Positions 61,892 to 64,000 of a DNA stretch of 64,000 nt are shown piece after piece. The DNA lies in assembly GCA_963815095.1 (NCBI GenBank), contig CAWFFH010000003.1, positions 1,312,001 through 1,376,000 on the forward strand. Reading direction: 5' to 3'. Position 1 is the first letter of the stretch; each line of letters begins with the position of its first letter. Below the pieces are notes generated by a model. That model saw only the letters and a list, made by a program, of their open reading frames with translations, was not told where the DNA came from and did no database searches. A program made the position numbers and the translations under genes. Origin of the DNA: Candidatus Bathyarchaeota archaeon (GTDB lineage Archaea; Thermoproteota; Bathyarchaeia; Bathyarchaeales; Bathycorpusculaceae).

Positions 61892-64000
61892 TTTTCCTTC
61901 CTCCCGATTGCTTCAAAAGGGCAGACGGTTTCGCAAACTCCGCAACCATAACAAAGTGAGGCGTCTATTTCGGCATGTTCCCTTTTTAGGCTGATGGCTG
62001 GGCAACCGAAAGCTTTTACGCATACTCCGCAGGCGTTGCATTCATCTTTTACTTCTCGGGGCTGGCCTCGTTCGATTAGAAGTGGGCAGGGTCGCTGGGA
62101 GATGATGACTGATGGACCTTGGTAATCTAATGTTTCTCTGATTTTAGCTGTTGCAACTTTGATGTCGTAGGGATCGATTACATCCACTTTTTCGATGCCT
62201 ACTGCTTTTGCGATGTCTTGAATTTTTATTATTTTAGCCTCTGTTCCCATGGCGGTTTTTCCTGAACCCGGCGTCGGTTGATGCCCCGTCATAGCAACTA
62301 CACTGTTATCCATTATGATTACGCAAACGTTAGCTCTATTATATACAATGTTAAGTAACCCAGGCATACCTGCGTGGAAAAAGGTTGAATCACCGATGAC
62401 TGCAAATACTTTTTCTTTTACGCCCGCATGAATCATTCCTGCAGCTTGAGAAATTCCGCCGCCCATGCAAAGACATGATTGTACCGCATTCACAGGAGGC
62501 AAAACACCCAGAGTATAACAGCCGATGTCGCCTGTTACGATTTTATCGTCGTTTTTGCCCGTTAGGCTCAGGGCGCTTTCTGGACATGCTGGGATGCATT
62601 TTGGGTCGCCACCGCATGTGTCGCATACGATTGCTTTGTGACTGGTGGGGTTGAGTGTTATGGCGCCGAATTTACAAGCATCAATGCACCAATCGCAACC
62701 CTTGCATTTGGATTCATCGAAAACTATTGCCCCAGTTTTCTTTGACCGCGTGATTGCCTTTTCGGGGCAGGCAAGGATGCATGGTACGTTGATGCAGCCT
62801 TTGCAGGTTACTGCAGTGTTAAAAGTTTGGCCAATCCTTATCGAGCGTATGCGTGATTTGAGTGGGTTGAAGACTTTTTCTTTCTCAAACGAGCAGGCAT
62901 ACTCGCATATATCGCAGCCAACGCATTTTTCATTATCACACTCAACATGCTGGTTAACACTGTTTAAGGCATAATAGAACGCTCGGTGGGGACATCCGGG
63001 ACAGAGAGCTGGTGGTCTTGGGGGCAAATCTACAAGTTCTGGTTTTTCAGCTTGAACCGTCAATCCCAGTTTAGCAAACGCCTGACGAACGTTATCAGGA
63101 GTGAATTCACCAATTTCTTCCAAACCCAACTGACTTTTTCCAGAAACCTCAAGATTTAATCGCTGAAGGTTCTCCTCTAAGTAAGGCCTTAATTCTTCAA
63201 TAACTATGAGCTTCTTAACTTTGGAAGCAAACTTCTTTACCATTTCCGCGGGGAAAGGATGAACAAACCCCAACTTTAACCAAGAAAACTTTTTGGAATC
63301 CAAAACCGAGCGGGCATAATAATATCCAACGCCGCTTCCCACAATACCGATTTCACAGCCGTTATCCTCAACAACATTAAAATTTGAATCGTTAGCGAGA
63401 TGTTTTGCCTCCGCCAGCTTTCCCTCTAAAATACGATGTTGCCTAATAGCGTTAGAAGGGACCATGACCCATTTGGAGCCATTCTTGTCAAACTCAGCTC
63501 GGCGGCCAATTTTCTGGAAGCTGCCTAATTTTACTCTTGCTTTTCCATGTGCCACCCTTGTTGTTAATCGCAAAATAACTGGCAGTCGAAGTTTTTCGCT
63601 GATTTCAAAAGCTTCCCTTGCCATATCGAGTGCTTCCTGAGGGTTGCCAGCGTCCAGCAACGGCAACTTTGAGTGAACAGCGAAGAACCGGGTGTCCTGC
63701 TCGTTTTGGCTACTGTGCAACGCTGGGTCGTCACAGACAGCAATTACCATGCCTCCTTCTACTCCAGTGTACGCCAACGTCATAGCAGCGTCTGCCGCAA
63801 CGTTCAAGCCAACATGTTTCATAGAAACAATCGAGCGCACCCCAGTCATAGAAGCGCCAGCAGCGACTTCGGCGGCTACAATTTCGTTTATGCTCCATTC
63901 AGCGTAAATGCCCACTTCTTTGGCGACTTCAGCTATGCTTTCCAAAATTTCGGTGGCAGGCGTTCCAGGATATGAAGTTGCAACTTTAACAGTGGCTTCC
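61888..64000 (-). CDS. iorA: Indolepyruvate:ferredoxin oxidoreductase alpha subunit with inserted polyferredoxin domain (5' end outside the window)
   Basis: YPGTP at the window edge, MKHVGLNVAAD, SSQNEQD, CPGCPHR, GDIGCY, GDSTFFH, C-terminal 2x[4Fe-4S] motifs. Confidence 0.93.
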   Translation of the reverse strand, partial: EATVKVATSYPGTPATEILESIAEVAKEVGIYAEWSINEIVAAEVAAGASMTGVRSIVSMKHVGLNVAADAAMTLAYTGVEGGMVIAVCDDPALHSSQNEQDTRFFAVHSKLPLLDAGNPQEALDMAREAFEISEKLRLPVILRLTTRVAHGKARVKLGSFQKIGRRAEFDKNGSKWVMVPSNAIRQHRILEGKLAEAKHLANDSNFNVVEDNGCEIGIVGSGVGYYYARSVLDSKKFSWLKLGFVHPFPAEMVKKFASKVKKLIVIEELRPYLEENLQRLNLEVSGKSQLGLEEIGEFTPDNVRQAFAKLGLTVQAEKPELVDLPPRPPALCPGCPHRAFYYALNSVNQHVECDNEKCVGCDICEYACSFEKEKVFNPLKSRIRSIRIGQTFNTAVTCKGCINVPCILACPEKAITRSKKTGAIVFDESKCKGCDWCIDACKFGAITLNPTSHKAIVCDTCGGDPKCIPACPESALSLTGKNDDKIVTGDIGCYTLGVLPPVNAVQSCLCMGGGISQAAGMIHAGVKEKVFAVIGDSTFFHAGMPGLLNIVYNRANVCVIIMDNSVVAMTGHQPTPGSGKTAMGTEAKIIKIQDIAKAVGIEKVDVIDPYDIKVATAKIRETLDYQGPSVIISQRPCPLLIERGQPREVKDECNACGVCVKAFGCPAISLKREHAEIDASLCYGCGVCETVCPFEAIGRKEK

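Overview
Archaeal chromosome segment, most likely Bathyarchaeia (inferred from the archaeal rps19e-rpl39e-rpl31e-aIF6-rpl18a-pfdA-ftsY cluster, TFS, IorAB, a CCA-less tRNA-Cys and four ~870-aa secreted PQQ-like beta-propeller paralogs). 0.1-13 kb: surface glycosylation/cell-envelope genes with many single-base indels (probably long-read errors), a 3' fragment of a solo Cas1 and a pilin-like fragment cut at a 29-bp direct repeat. 13-16 kb: toxin-antitoxin cluster. 17-29 kb: three propeller paralogs, a CblT/CblS-like alpha-ribazole salvage pair, TFS and several gene remnants (RibD_C/DHFR-like, LigD). 30-33 kb: HTH + small/large terminase module with no capsid or portal gene, plus an MNT-HEPN pair. 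33.7-37.7 kb: core translation cluster. 48.3-57.3 kb: ~9-kb integrase-free island downstream of tRNA-Cys whose cargo blocks are separated by tRNA-derived repeats and hairpins; it carries a small stress-gene cluster sharing a CAGTCACA-N4-TATA promoter motif. 57.4-64 kb: IorAB, a Liv-type binding protein and permeases, and PaaI; IorA has an inserted 16-Cys ferredoxin domain. All calls were made by eye from the sequence and ORF track; no searches were run.
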